A DNA stretch of 64,000 bases from Podarcis tiliguerta (Eukaryota), in NCBI GenBank assembly GCA_965153285.1, contig OZ229117.1; one strand, 5' to 3'. The position numbers were made by a program, and so were the translations under genes. The notes under the pieces were generated by a model. That model did not search any database, was not told the origin of the DNA, and worked only from the letters and a program-made list of their open reading frames with translations. This document shows, one piece after another, positions 12,020 through 23,259 of this stretch. Within the stretch, counting starts at the first letter, position 1. Every line of letters begins with the position of its first letter.

Positions 12020-12480
12020 GAGGCACGCCCCAACACGTGTCTGCCTCCTTCACAAGACGGCCATCCACCCGCTCCCGCCCCCGCGTAACGCTCGGCCGCC
12101 CTCTCCAACGATCTGAAGCATCTCAAGCCAATCAGAACGGGAAGAGCTTGCCAACCAATAGCGTACGAGGCGGAGAAGCTCCAGCCGGCCGCTGTGGTAA
12201 ACAATAACGAGAGGGAGCTCGTGCCTGAGTGATAGTCCTGGTGCGCCAATCAGTCGGGGAGTAGCCACGCATACCGGTCCAATAGTGGGAGGGGAGGCGG
12301 GAAGAGGGGGAGAAGCGCGCGCCAAAACCAGGCAGCGGCGGCGACGCGCGCGTTCTCTCTTCCTCTCGAGGGGAACATCAACCGCTGGGAGGGGGCGTGG
12401 CCTGCGAGGGGCGGGTGTGCGAGCCAGGCGGGGCCCACGCGCGGAGGCGGGGCCGGACCGGAGGAGGCGGGGCCGGCTGG
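12020..12480 (+). promoter_or_regulatory. TATA-less core/proximal promoter
   Basis: CCAAT boxes at 12128, 12155, 12246, 12279; E-box CACGTG 12034; FOX site GTAAACAA 12197; E2F site GCGCCAAA 12319; several Sp/KLF GC boxes 12390-12475. The order CCAAT then GC boxes suggests a + strand start near 12480 (inference). Confidence 0.75.
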
Positions 12481-14617
12481 AGCAGGAGCTGCTGCTGTCG
12501 CAGTAAGAGCCGAGCTGCGGAGGGGGCAGCAGTAAGTGCAGTCCAAGGCTGGCCAGCAGCGCTGTTTGGATCTCCAGGAAAGATGCGAACTGGCAGCCGC
12601 TTCGGCAGGGCTGTAATTGCGTTTGATGAGCCTGGTGCAGTTTAGGAGGAGGGAGGTACCGAACCTGTAATTCTTGGATGGGAAGCGCGAGAGAGGCCCG
12701 CTGCCTCTGGGGAGCTCGCCTGGCAGCAACCTTATTTAGTGGGCACTTAGACCCATTGGCAGCGAGAAGCGAGCAAAGGCAGAAGCAGCATTTTCTCTCC
12801 GCTTTCCCAACATCTGTGCCCAGACAATAGCAAGACCAGAAGGGAGGCAGCGATTTCAGAGACTTCAGTGCCTGAAGGACCGAGAGAGAGACTGGGGCTG
12901 GGAAGCTCAGGCAACCAACTGTCCGCCCAGCCCAATAATGAAATGCACAATTTCCGTCCCACCCTCTAGCTTTCTCAAACCGAAGTGTGGATCTCCGATT
13001 AGAGCTGTGGATCTCTAGTGTATTCTCTCGAGGCTTTTTTTTTTTAAAGAGACAGTTGCTTCCATCCAATGAACAAGGAAGAAAAAGTTGTGAATCGTTT
13101 CTTCTCTGGGGAGGAGGAGAAGGAAGGAGGAGCCACGAAAGTCGGGATGCAGTTTGCCAGATGGTCATAAAAAGAGAAGAAAGCAAACAGCTACCCGACG
13201 ACGTTTATTTTAAAAAAGAAATTACTCTGCATTAGGTGCATTTGCTTGCAAGCTAAGAAGGAGATTCCCACGAAGTCTTACCTAGAGACGAGCAAGAGGG
13301 ATATTAGCGATCCAGTAGTTTGATTCCCCCCTTTTCTTTTATTCCCTCCGCCCCATCCAAACCCCTCCTCTGGCCTTGTAGATCCTCCCCTTTTCTTTTT
13401 TTCTTTTTGGAGGGAGGAGGAGGAGATGAACGTTCGGCTTTTCCCTAAACAGCCGGCCGATTATTGCCAGAAGAACCCGATCTGGGAAGCCTCGAGGATG
13501 CGGCTTGCAACAGACGAAAGCTGATGGTGAGTCCGTCCGGGAAAAGAGCGAGCGAGAGAGGCCGGTCTGAAGTGGATGGAGAGAGGAGAAGGACGGAGGG
13601 GGGCTTGCAGACGACGCCGCGCTTGGGACCAGCCGATCGCGCCCCCCGTGCGCAACAGCTCCCTTGTGCAGAGCGCGCCAAGCTCCCGCTCCTTTCCCTG
13701 CAGAAATGCTGCATCATGAACCCATCACCCATCCGGATCTGCCCCTGAACCAGACAGAGAACAGCACCCCTGGTGCTTAATAGCAGCAGCAGTAAGCAAG
13801 GAGGGAGCAAGGCGTGGACGAAGTAAAGGGAAAGAAAAAGAAAGATCCGCCAGATACCCCTCTCCCTTTCTGTCTGGCCAGGGCTGCCTCCATCTGCTGT
13901 CTCAGGACCCCTAAGGAGGCAGCGATGCCTCGGCCGTAGCCTTCGTGTCAGAAGGGGGAACTCCTCTCACAAGCGTGTGCGCGAAGAGGCGGCAGGAGGG
14001 CAGGCAGGAAGAGGAGGCTGCTTATCTCTCCCTGCGTGTCTCTCCGCTGAGCATCTCGTCAAGCAACTCCTCAACTTCTTGCCCGGCTGGAAGAGCAACC
14101 CGGAGCAGCTGCTGCAACTTCTCCCAGGGACAAGGGCTGCAAAGCAGAGTGGGACGGTGGCAAAGAAGCGCGCCCGGGTGGGTCCCTCTCTGTCTCTGGT
14201 CCTGGGGTGTCTAGTCTAGACTGATACACGTGTCCTTTCTTGAAGAACGCCAATTTTTAACTCTAGCTCGGGAGAAGCGCGCATTTTCACACTCCTGCAC
14301 CACCACCCTTTATTATAATTATTATTTTTACAACCGGGATTTTAAATTTTATTTTTTAAGTCTCTGGATGGATCCACTCAACGGAGCAGGGCGCGCATTT
14401 TTATTAAGCAAATAGCTCTCTCCTCTGCTTTGAGACAGCTGATCCCAACCACCCGCCCTTTGATCCCGCCCGGCAGGTTGCTCGGGTCGCCTGTTTGACG
14501 CCCCGCTGAGGTTGCTGCTGCCGCCGCCGCCGCCCTCGCAGCCTCCTCGCGCCGGGTCCGGTAGCTTCGATCCGGGGTGGCTTCGCCGCCGCTGGTGCCG
14601 GGCCTTGCGGAGCGCCC

Positions 14618-15226
14618 ATGCTGCTGCTGCGGAAGCTGCCGGGCATGCCGGGCTGGCCGCCGTCGGCGCTGGGTCTGCGGCTGCCGCAGAAGTTCCTCTT
14701 CCTGCTCTTCCTCTCGGGCCTGCTCACGCTCTGCTTCGGGGCCCTCTTCCTGCTGCCGGACTCTTCCCGCTTCAAGCGCCTCTTCTTGCCCCGCCGAGGG
14801 GGCGCCGGTGACGCGGGCGGGGACTTGGACGGGCTCCGCAGCCTCACGTCGCCGCCGCCACCGCCGCCCGGGGCCGACCCTGGCCGCCGCCATGCCGCCC
14901 CCAGCCCGCCCAACGCCGCCGCCGCCCCGCCGCCGCCTCGTCGCCTCAGGGACCCCAAACTCCCCCCCGTGATGGAAGCCGCCGCCGCCACTTCCTCCCG
15001 CCGAGAGCGCCTCAGCCCGCTCCACCGCCAGGGGCCGCCCGGGGAGAAGAAGGCGGCGGGAGCGGGAAGCGGCACCGGCAGCGCGGCCCCGCTCCGGCAG
15101 ACGAGAGCCCCGTTCCGCTTCGACTACGAGGTCTTCCGCCGCAGCCTCCGCCACCCGGTGCTGGGAAGGAGGAAAGGCGGCACCGAGGACCCCGAGAACC
15201 GAGTCCGGCGCCTGAAGCTCAAGGAG
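14618..15226 (+). CDS. MAN1C1: Mannosyl-oligosaccharide 1,2-alpha-mannosidase IC, coding exon 1 (cytosolic tail, type II signal anchor, Pro/Ala/Arg-rich stem), 203 codons
   Basis: MLLLRK...GLRLPQKFLFLLFLSGLLTLCFGALFLLP and PFRFDYEVFRRSLRHPVLG match vertebrate MAN1C1 as recalled. TM at aa 26-46. Ends ...KLKE at donor GAG|GTGAGT (GT at 15227), phase 0, joining exon 2 in frame. Confidence 0.96.
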
Positions 15227-15450
15227 GTGAGTGAAGAGGCGCTTCTCCATCTCCCCCTCTGCATACACAAACACACGCTTTCTTTTGGCATCTTTTTCCT
15301 CCTATGCCTTTCCTCAGGTTTTGCCGCCTTCTGAATTAAATTTCTGTTCGCTACTTCATTAATTAAGATGCTATCAATGGTAAGGGTTCTTTTAGCAGAG
15401 TGCCTGAGAAATGACAGGTCCCTGCCCCAAAGAGCCTAAGTGCTCTAAAT

Positions 15451-15610
15451 CAGGTATCTTCAACCTTTTCAGACCCAGGACCCACTTTTCACCCAAGCAT
15501 GTGCATGGGGACCCATTTCTTAATCTTTCCCCATCTGTTATCATGGTGGTACTGCTCCCCTTGCGACCCCCCCTTGGACCAGGCAGTGACCCACCACTTG
15601 AAGACCAGTG
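15451..15610. mobile_element. hAT/Charlie-like MITE
   Basis: CAGGTATCTTCAA...TTGAAGACCAGTG; flanks CTCTAAAT/CTGTAAAA (6/8). Confidence 0.65.
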
Positions 15611-15631
15611 CTGTAAAATGTGTCATAGATG

Positions 15632-15755
15632 AGGGTAGTCAATATGGTGCTGTCAAGATACAACTCCCATCGTCCCTGACCATTGGTCATACTGGCTGAG
15701 GCTGATGGGAATTGAAGTCCTCCACACCTTGAGAGCACCATGTTGGCTACCCTTG
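15632..15755. mobile_element. Palindromic hAT-type MITE (further copies near 22703-22825, 24590-24842, 33655-33770, 40965-41075)
   Basis: ACAACTCCCATC...GCTGATGGGA inverted arms, recurring in the window. Confidence 0.75.
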
Positions 15756-16574
15756 CCGTAGACAGGGATGAAACAATTCCTTTGGTGTGGAAGCTCTGCT
15801 TTTGAATCCTGTATAGCTGATTAACGTGAAATGGCTTTCTGACTATGTTCAGAGGTATGGTTTTCCATCAGGGCTGCACCTTTTGCACACTGGAAATAGG
15901 TTGCAGGGCTGAACCCTGGCTCAAATACATTCCACCTTCATTTAGTATTGTATAGTGCCCTCTTCCTTAACCCCTTTGGTTACCTCTCCACAGCTCCCCT
16001 CTGTCCCCACACCTCCATCTTACCTTTTGAGTTCATTCAGAATTAATCTGGAATTGTTACTACTGTCTTCACAAGTGTTTACATGGATTAGAGTTCCTCA
16101 CTTTGCCTCATAAGCATGTGTTGAAAGGGTGGGAACAACAGACCGGCTTGAGACTGCAGTCTTAAATCCACTTATCTGGGGAGTAAGTAAGCCCCATTAA
16201 AACTTGGAGGGATGTGTGTAAAGCATATTGTGCTGTAAAGCATATAACTTGGAACAACTTCAGATGTGACTTTAACAGGTAATGCGCTGCAGACCTGTGT
16301 TATGTCTGTTGGTCTGCTAATGCCATCATCTTTGAAGTGGGGACACACATTGGGTTTTCAACCATGAAGATGTATGCTGAAAAGCTGGAGATCTCTGAAG
16401 CTCTGTGCAGTGTGTTTCTGTGATGTATGTGATTTAAAACATGTTGAAGACTACAGGTTCTAGAGAGTGTGTGCAACATGGGGTTGTAATGCATAGCTGT
16501 TAAAATTGTGAAGTGGCTTGCAAAAGGCATGTTGAGTGATAAGTAAGCATCATATCTTGAGTACTGTGCTTTTC

Positions 16575-16603
16575 TCATCATCATCATCATCATCATCATC
16601 ATC
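16575..16603. repeat. (CAT)n microsatellite
   Basis: Direct reading. Confidence 0.95.
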
Positions 16604-16889
16604 CCCTTCCTTGGGTTATGCCTTTCACCCCATTGCCTCTTTAGGCTTCTATTAACTGCCCATTAATACTCCTTTTGTCCACTCACCTTTTTCATGTTCC
16701 CAATTCCTTCCTTGTATTCAGCATTTTTTGACTGCCTTATTTCTCTCACACACTACCCTTCATTCCTCCCCCCTCATGTTTCCACTTAACCACTCTTTCT
16801 CTGTTCTGACTTACCTTCCATTTTTGCTCTCAATGGCTTTTTCAATTACTCTTTCATGCCTTCTCAATTTGTATTTTCTTGCTCCCTTT

Positions 16890-17068
16890 TAGCTGCTCCT
16901 ATGCATGTTTACTCACAAGTAAGCCCCACCACTCTGGGATTTTCTCCCTGTAATCATGTATAAGAGTGTAGCCCTGCAGTACCAGCCCTTATGCACACTT
17001 ATTTAGAAGTAAGTGCCACAATATTTAATAAAGCTTACACCCCAGTAAGTGTGTTTAGGATACTGTAC
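16890..17068. mobile_element. Two adjacent short palindromic MITEs (a third near 16150-16240)
   Basis: CCTATGCATGTTTACTCACAAGTAAG and CTTATGCACACTTATTTAGAAGTAAG...AGTAAGTGTGTTTAGGAT. Confidence 0.55.
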
Positions 17069-20000
17069 AGACTTAATTGCTTTCTTCACTTTCCCTTATC
17101 TCCCCCCTCCCAGCATTCATTACCCCAGTGTTTTCCATTATACATTCTTTTTCATGATACAATGTTATATATACAAAATATTAAACACACAATCACCTTT
17201 TTGCAACCTCAAGTCAAACCTTTGTACAATAATATATTTTGTTTCTAGGAACTGACTACAGTAGTGTACATATTGTTTGTGTTGTATCCGTGTGATAAAG
17301 CATGCAGATGTGGCATAATTTTTTTTTAAGCCTACTGTTGAAGCTGAGTGATGTGTAAGCACTAGAAGTGTGGCATATAAAGAATAAATAAATATAATTC
17401 CCATCTGTTGCATTGTGTATCATATGTGAGCATGGTACACAAAAATGCACTCTCTCATATTTTTCTTCTTTTGTTCTCCTACCCTCATTTCAAAACTTCA
17501 TGCACCATATTAACACACAATATGAACTAATCCCTTCTCACCTTTAGTTAGTGAGCCCCCTCAACGTTGCTGCTCATTTTTGTATTTTTTCTTACAGTGT
17601 TACCTGTCAATTCTTTGTTATCTCATGCTGTCTTGTGTACAAATAAGAGTTTTTCAGGTAATATAGTAGAGTTTATGGTGCACACTTCTTTTTTTAATTC
17701 TGTTATTTGTTCCTGGTGAAACAGGCTTTTGAAACACAACAAAAGCCTGTTAAACCTATTTAACCAGAAATTAGCATGACAGAAGCGGTTAAAATAGAGA
17801 TACATGCCCAGTATATATATTATCAGACTTTTTGAAAAGTTATCTGGCTATAGCTATAGCAACTCTGTTATATTGGTTTGGTCCTCCTTCAGTTTGTTTC
17901 ACCAGGATCCCTGTGTGTGTTTTACCAACATTCCCCCATTATTCTTACTTGTATTGCATTTTTTCTACTGATCATTCTGGCTTTTCAAATACCTTTCCTG
18001 TGGTTTTATCCATCCCTGCTTCTGCCACCCATCTACTTCTACTTCCTTCTCTTCAATACCAGATCGAGATTCCTTTTCTGGAGCTAACTTAGCACTCAGC
18101 CCTTTGAAAGCACATGTCCCCTTCACCTCTCCTCTTTGCTTTCCCATAGAGCAGATATGAAGGAATTCTAATAAGCTGGTAGCAGGACACAATAAGATCA
18201 AACAGAGTAAAGAGACTCTCTGGTTGGGTCTTCAGGGAAAAACACTGTAGAAATTGAAATGGCTCTTGGGAAATGGTGGAAGTTTGGTCAATTGAGATGC
18301 ATGAAACCAAAACTTGATGAAGTGTTTGAAATAGATAGGGTGAAGAGGTCCAGAAGGTCATCCCAAGTCCAAAGTGAACCTTTTACCTAACAATTAGGTT
18401 ACATCAGCCTCTCTAAGGCATGTTTCAACCTTTTAAGACCTTGGACTCATCATTGACCACAGCTTGCCACATGGGACCCATTCCTGTATTTCATTTTGTT
18501 TTTGACTGCACGTCTTTCTACCTTTACCCCTTTCTCCTCTTGCTTTCTCGTAACAAAAATAATGCTGCTGGTATGACTCACATTAGGTAGGAGATCTGTG
18601 GGCTTCCACTCCTCAGCTAGCGTGCAGAGGGCTGGGATGAACTGTTTGCTCCTCTGCCAAAGGCAGGACACAGAGCTGTAGTGCACGTGTAGGAAAAGTC
18701 AGAAATGTCTTGCTAGCTCCTTTCAACTGGAGCGGGGGACACACCTGGCCCTGAACTTGATCATCGGTGAGAACCTGTATTCGTGGCAAAACCCATTTTG
18801 TCAAATGGAAATTTCATTTTGGCACGTGTCCCCACTACCAAGGTGCATGCCATTTCTGGTTAAAGCAACCCTTGATTCCCAGTGTTATAGGCAACAGAAC
18901 AGACATAGATAAAAGCCCGTGGGAAGCACTTGTGTTTGACCCAGTGCGGCCTCTCTCCCTTTGTACAGTATGTTGGCACCCAGCATTTGATGAGACACAA
19001 GGAGAATAATAGACCAGATTCTACCATGTGTCTGTGTTGGATTCCGAACAATCTCGCTTGTCACGGTGGGTTTCACACGTGTAACTGAGGACAGAGATTT
19101 GGCCCAGTGCCAGCAGTGCATGCATAAAAGGACTGGCTAGCAGCTTTGCAAAAGCGTGACCTAGTTAACCAACAAGCTATAGATTCAATGCAGCACTTGG
19201 GATCCTTTGGCTCCACTGGCTTGGAGCAAACCTGAGGTTGGCAACAGATGCTAATTCATAAAGCACAGCAATGAAATGGTGTGAGCATTAATTCTCTGGA
19301 TCAGTTTCTCCATCAAACATCTTTGAACAGGGAGGAAAGTCTAAGTGTAGTAGAACAAAATCCAGGGTGACAAATCATGGTCGCAACACACCTTTTTATT
19401 TATTTTTTAAAAATATACAATATAAAATATTATTTCTGATTCTGAGCTTTTCGATCAAGTCTTGCAAAGAAAGCAGTGCACTAACAATAAAATTCTAATT
19501 TCTCTGCCAGGCAACCAGACAAAATGCACCCGGGGTGCTCGTTTTTCCTTACAGTCCCAGGCATAGTTGAGATTAGCTCTGCCTGCCTGTTGGACTGTTG
19601 TTAGCAGCAGGGAATTGAAAGAGGACTGCTGCCCCCCTCCCTGCCGCCTTGGTTTCTTTGACACTTGGGAGTTAAGGCTTCTCATTTGTTTCTTGCTGCA
19701 TTGCAAGCTTCTGAGGCCTAGAGCATTCTGGTACAAGAGTTTCTCTTAACCACAGTAGCATTGCTTTATACAAGGCAGCACATACAAACAGGTTGAATAA
19801 ATGAGTAAAGCACCTCTAAGTTAGTGGCACTTGAATCATGAAACCAGGGCTACGTGTGAATTTTCCCTAAGCAAGCATCTCTAGCAATTTCTAATGTACA
19901 ATCATGTCCAACATGATTATTTCTCCATAAATTAAGAGTAATCTATGCAAGGCTGCAAAAGTGCTTCACCTGATTCAGAAGGGCTGGCATCTCTGCATCT

Positions 20001-21639
20001 GTGATTACTTGGCACCTAACGTTGAAGGGCCTACATTGCTGTCTGTTAAGAGGTAGCTTTGAAAGCAGTGTTAATGAAGAAATGGATCCCCACCCCCGCT
20101 CTTTCCAAGTAGCTCATTTTTATTCCCTTTCTCCCTTTTGTTAGTACATTTTGTTGCAGGAAACCTGTAGATGATGTATATTCAGTACAGCCTTAACACA
20201 GACTTGAAAACCGGAGATGCTTCTGGGGCGTTTGCATGTGGCCATTTCTTGAAGGGAAAAGGCAGCCTTGGTTTCTTTTGTGGATGGGTGCAGAATGTGA
20301 ATCCTACTTGTAGAAAGTGTTGCATCTCTTTTCCCCACCAGAAAAAAAGAGAGGAAGTAGGGACTAGTTGTGTTTTCTTTTCAAGTTATTGTAGCATAGG
20401 AGCAGATCAGAAGTAAGCTTGGTTGTACAGAAGTTGCCTATAGGTGTGACTCGCTAAGTACAGGTCTAAAGTTGATGTCTTCCCTGCCCCAGATCCAGGC
20501 AAATTCATCTGGATAGCCCCCCAGGATTTGAAGCTGTAGCTCCCCCTGTTGCCTCACAACCCTTTGGGGACAAAGATGCAGCTTCTGTCCTGGAAACTGA
20601 CCTGATTGCTACATCTGTAATGACTCTGCTGCAGTATTTGGTGTAACATATGCTGTATTCTAGATACTTTGAAATAATGTAAGGGTTAATTAATAGGACT
20701 GTGGTATTTTAAATAATCTCCAAATATCTCATTCTATCATTCTGGTTTTAACCAGATCCTTGAGTGGCTTACAATTTTAAAAATCCAGTAAAACAGGTTA
20801 GAGCACATCACATCCCAGTTCTAAGCAAGAAAATACGAAAACAGCAGCAAACGTTTAATATAAAAACAAGCAGATCAATTGGTTGTTCCTGAAAAGCCTT
20901 CTGAATCAGAAAAGCTTTTGCTGAGTTGTGTTTGAATTCTTAACACTTACCTAATTTTCAGATACATCATGTACTCAAATTCAATGTAAAATACTTGCGT
21001 TGTTATAATTAAGTAAAAGTCCTGCATGTTGTTTTTAAAGAACTTCATTTGTCATCTTTTCAGCTATTGGACTAGGGAGGTAACTGTGCAAAACAGGAAA
21101 AGAGGCTAGTTCAAGATAAAAAGTTGAGTTTTCAGCAATTGTAAGGACTAGAGGAAGGAAATGGAACATTGGGGTAAAGATAAAAATGTATTAAAAAATA
21201 GTGAAAATCTTTGCAGGAAAGAGAAGGCGACAGAGCTCTGTGTCAACCTTTAGGATAGATAGTGGCTGTTGATTTATTAGTATGATGCAATTTTAGGGAA
21301 TTGCTGAGAAGACACTGAGAATTGTTGGATGGCATGTCAAACTATTGTGTAAGTTGTTTCTTAGGCAATAGACACATGAAAATGCTTTTGCCAGAAGTTC
21401 TTGTGCAATGAATTGGTTTGTGACTTTAATTTCCAGATAATTCCTTTAATAGAATTTAAGAATCAGAACAAGGAGAGGGTAGTAATGAATCTGGAACATT
21501 TTCAAATGCAAGTTAGCAACGCTTCACATTCTTTTATCTTTTTTTTTAATGCCCCTGAAATGTTTACATGTATATTTAAAGTTGGGTGTGCATGTTGACA
21601 AGTCAGAATTTACTAATGTGTACCATACAGAAATTTTAT

Positions 21640-22080
21640 TTTATTAATTAATTTTTTAAAATAATTTTTTAAAAATAAAATTTCTATCTTCCCACAGGAA
21701 CTCAGGGTGGTCAGCTGCCAAGTAGGACAATTTAAATTATAATAAAAACCCATTTAAAGCGTTTAAAAACAATAATAAGATCTAAAAACATGTAAAAACA
21801 GTCACATATCCTCACAACTCTTCTTTTCAAGGTTGACAGGAACAGCTTCTTTCACTCTCAAATGCCTGGGTGAACAGAAATGTGTTTAACTTCCTTGTGA
21901 AAGTAATAAATGAAGAAGACAGAGGTACTTTACCAGGGAGGGCATTCTACAAACAGGGAGCCGCTACCAAGAAGGCCCTGTCTCAGATCAGTGGCACGAT
22001 TAACAGGGCCTCCCCTGCTGATAATAGGACCTGAGATAATATTGGGAAGTATCTTTTAGATATTTGGGTCCCAGGTAGTT
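21640..22080 (-). mobile_element. L2 LINE 3' fragment
   Basis: AAATGCCTGGGTGAACAG...GGGAGGGCATTCTACAAACAGGGAGCCGCTACCAAGAAGGCCCTG, typical of antisense L2 3' ends. Confidence 0.65.
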
Positions 22081-23259
22081 TATGTCTTTGGGATTATCTG
22101 CTGTTTCTTGCTGTGTTTACATTTAGTTCTAAGCCTAGGTTTGCTGCTGGATAATGGGTTAAACAACTACAGCACTGTTTAATGCTCTTGGGCCACTCAT
22201 TCCTATACTGATTTAGGGAAGGGTTCAGGTGCTTGCCAACACCATCAGGATGCAAACATGGTTCCTTCAGGGGAAAAAACTTGGTAAGTTCAAGGAATTC
22301 CAGGGACAACAGTTGGGCCATTCAGTTTATTCATCAAAAATAATTGGAGTTGTCATGAAATCTTGTATCTCAAAAGAAAGAAAGTGGAATTGAGAGCCCT
22401 TAAACTTTCTGGTGTTTATTGACTACCCACCCCCACCCCCTGTCTTGAAAATGTAACCAATCTGAGGATGAGGTGAGTTGCAGGAATATTTAACTTGGAA
22501 TAAATGGTTGTAGAAATACTGTAGGCCCCAGATAGGCTAGCTCCAGGTTTCAGACAGCCTCCTCCCTCTAGCATTCCCAGATGAGAGCCTGCTGTAAAGT
22601 GTCCTCTGCCTCCTGAAACATTTGCAGATAGTTACAAGATGTAGGACTTTCTCAGTAGTGGCAGCCCTTTTACAGATAGGTCCACCTGGCTTCCATGTAT
22701 GGCAGGCATGTGGAGCCTTTGGCTCTCCAGACGTTGCTGAACTACAGCTCCCATCAGCCCTAGTGAGAATACCTGATGGCCAGGGATGGTGGAAGTTGTA
22801 GTTCAGCAACATCTGGAGGGCCAGAAATATCTCGCACCTGATATATGGAATATGTGTATGTGAACGAAAAGCCTTTCTCTCTCTGAGGAAAATTAATCCT
22901 GTAAGCATTGTGCCTATTGAGCTTTGGTTCTTTTAAAGAATAAAGCTGTTACTCAGAGGCAGCTTCTTTAACATGGCTCATTGCCCCAAAATTTTATTCA
23001 TGCAGTGGCTTTCTGGGGACTGTCCCTGTAGGGTCCCACTCCTATACTCTTGGCCTTCTATCAGCCTGGACACTAACGAGTTCTGGAGATCTTTTGCACT
23101 TTTCAATACACTTTTTTCTAGTTTTGATGTGAGGAGTACAGTGTACCATCAGCAAAGGTTGTAGAGTTCTTGTGTGCATGTCCTATTAGGGGCTCTGCAG
23201 CTGGCATGCTATTGGCAGTGATCGTTGAAGCTTTTGCTTTCAGGGAACTTGCTCTGTGC

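Larger units (their letters stand above)
12020..15240. promoter_or_regulatory. CpG island covering the MAN1C1 promoter, leader and exon 1
   Basis: Abrupt switch to high GC and dense CpG in an otherwise CpG-depleted window; no recognisable TE inside. Confidence 0.9.

Noticed and set aside
12246-12269. CCAAT...CCACG resembling an ER stress element
   Set aside because: Spacer is 14 nt; ERSE requires 9.
12050-13186. 378-aa antisense ORF across the promoter
   Set aside because: No recognisable domain; Arg/Pro/Ala-rich composition and length are explained by stop-poor GC-rich DNA. Would need Ribo-seq or coding-conservation support.
14378-15274. 298-aa and 223-aa antisense ORFs and alternate-frame ORFs over exon 1
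   Set aside because: Shadows of a very GC-rich coding exon.
16300-16602. Poly-Met ORF
   Set aside because: Artefact of the (CAT)n microsatellite.
16600-18130. Long pyrimidine-skewed region as a possible antisense LINE
   Set aside because: No protein motif found in the parts translated; left unassigned.
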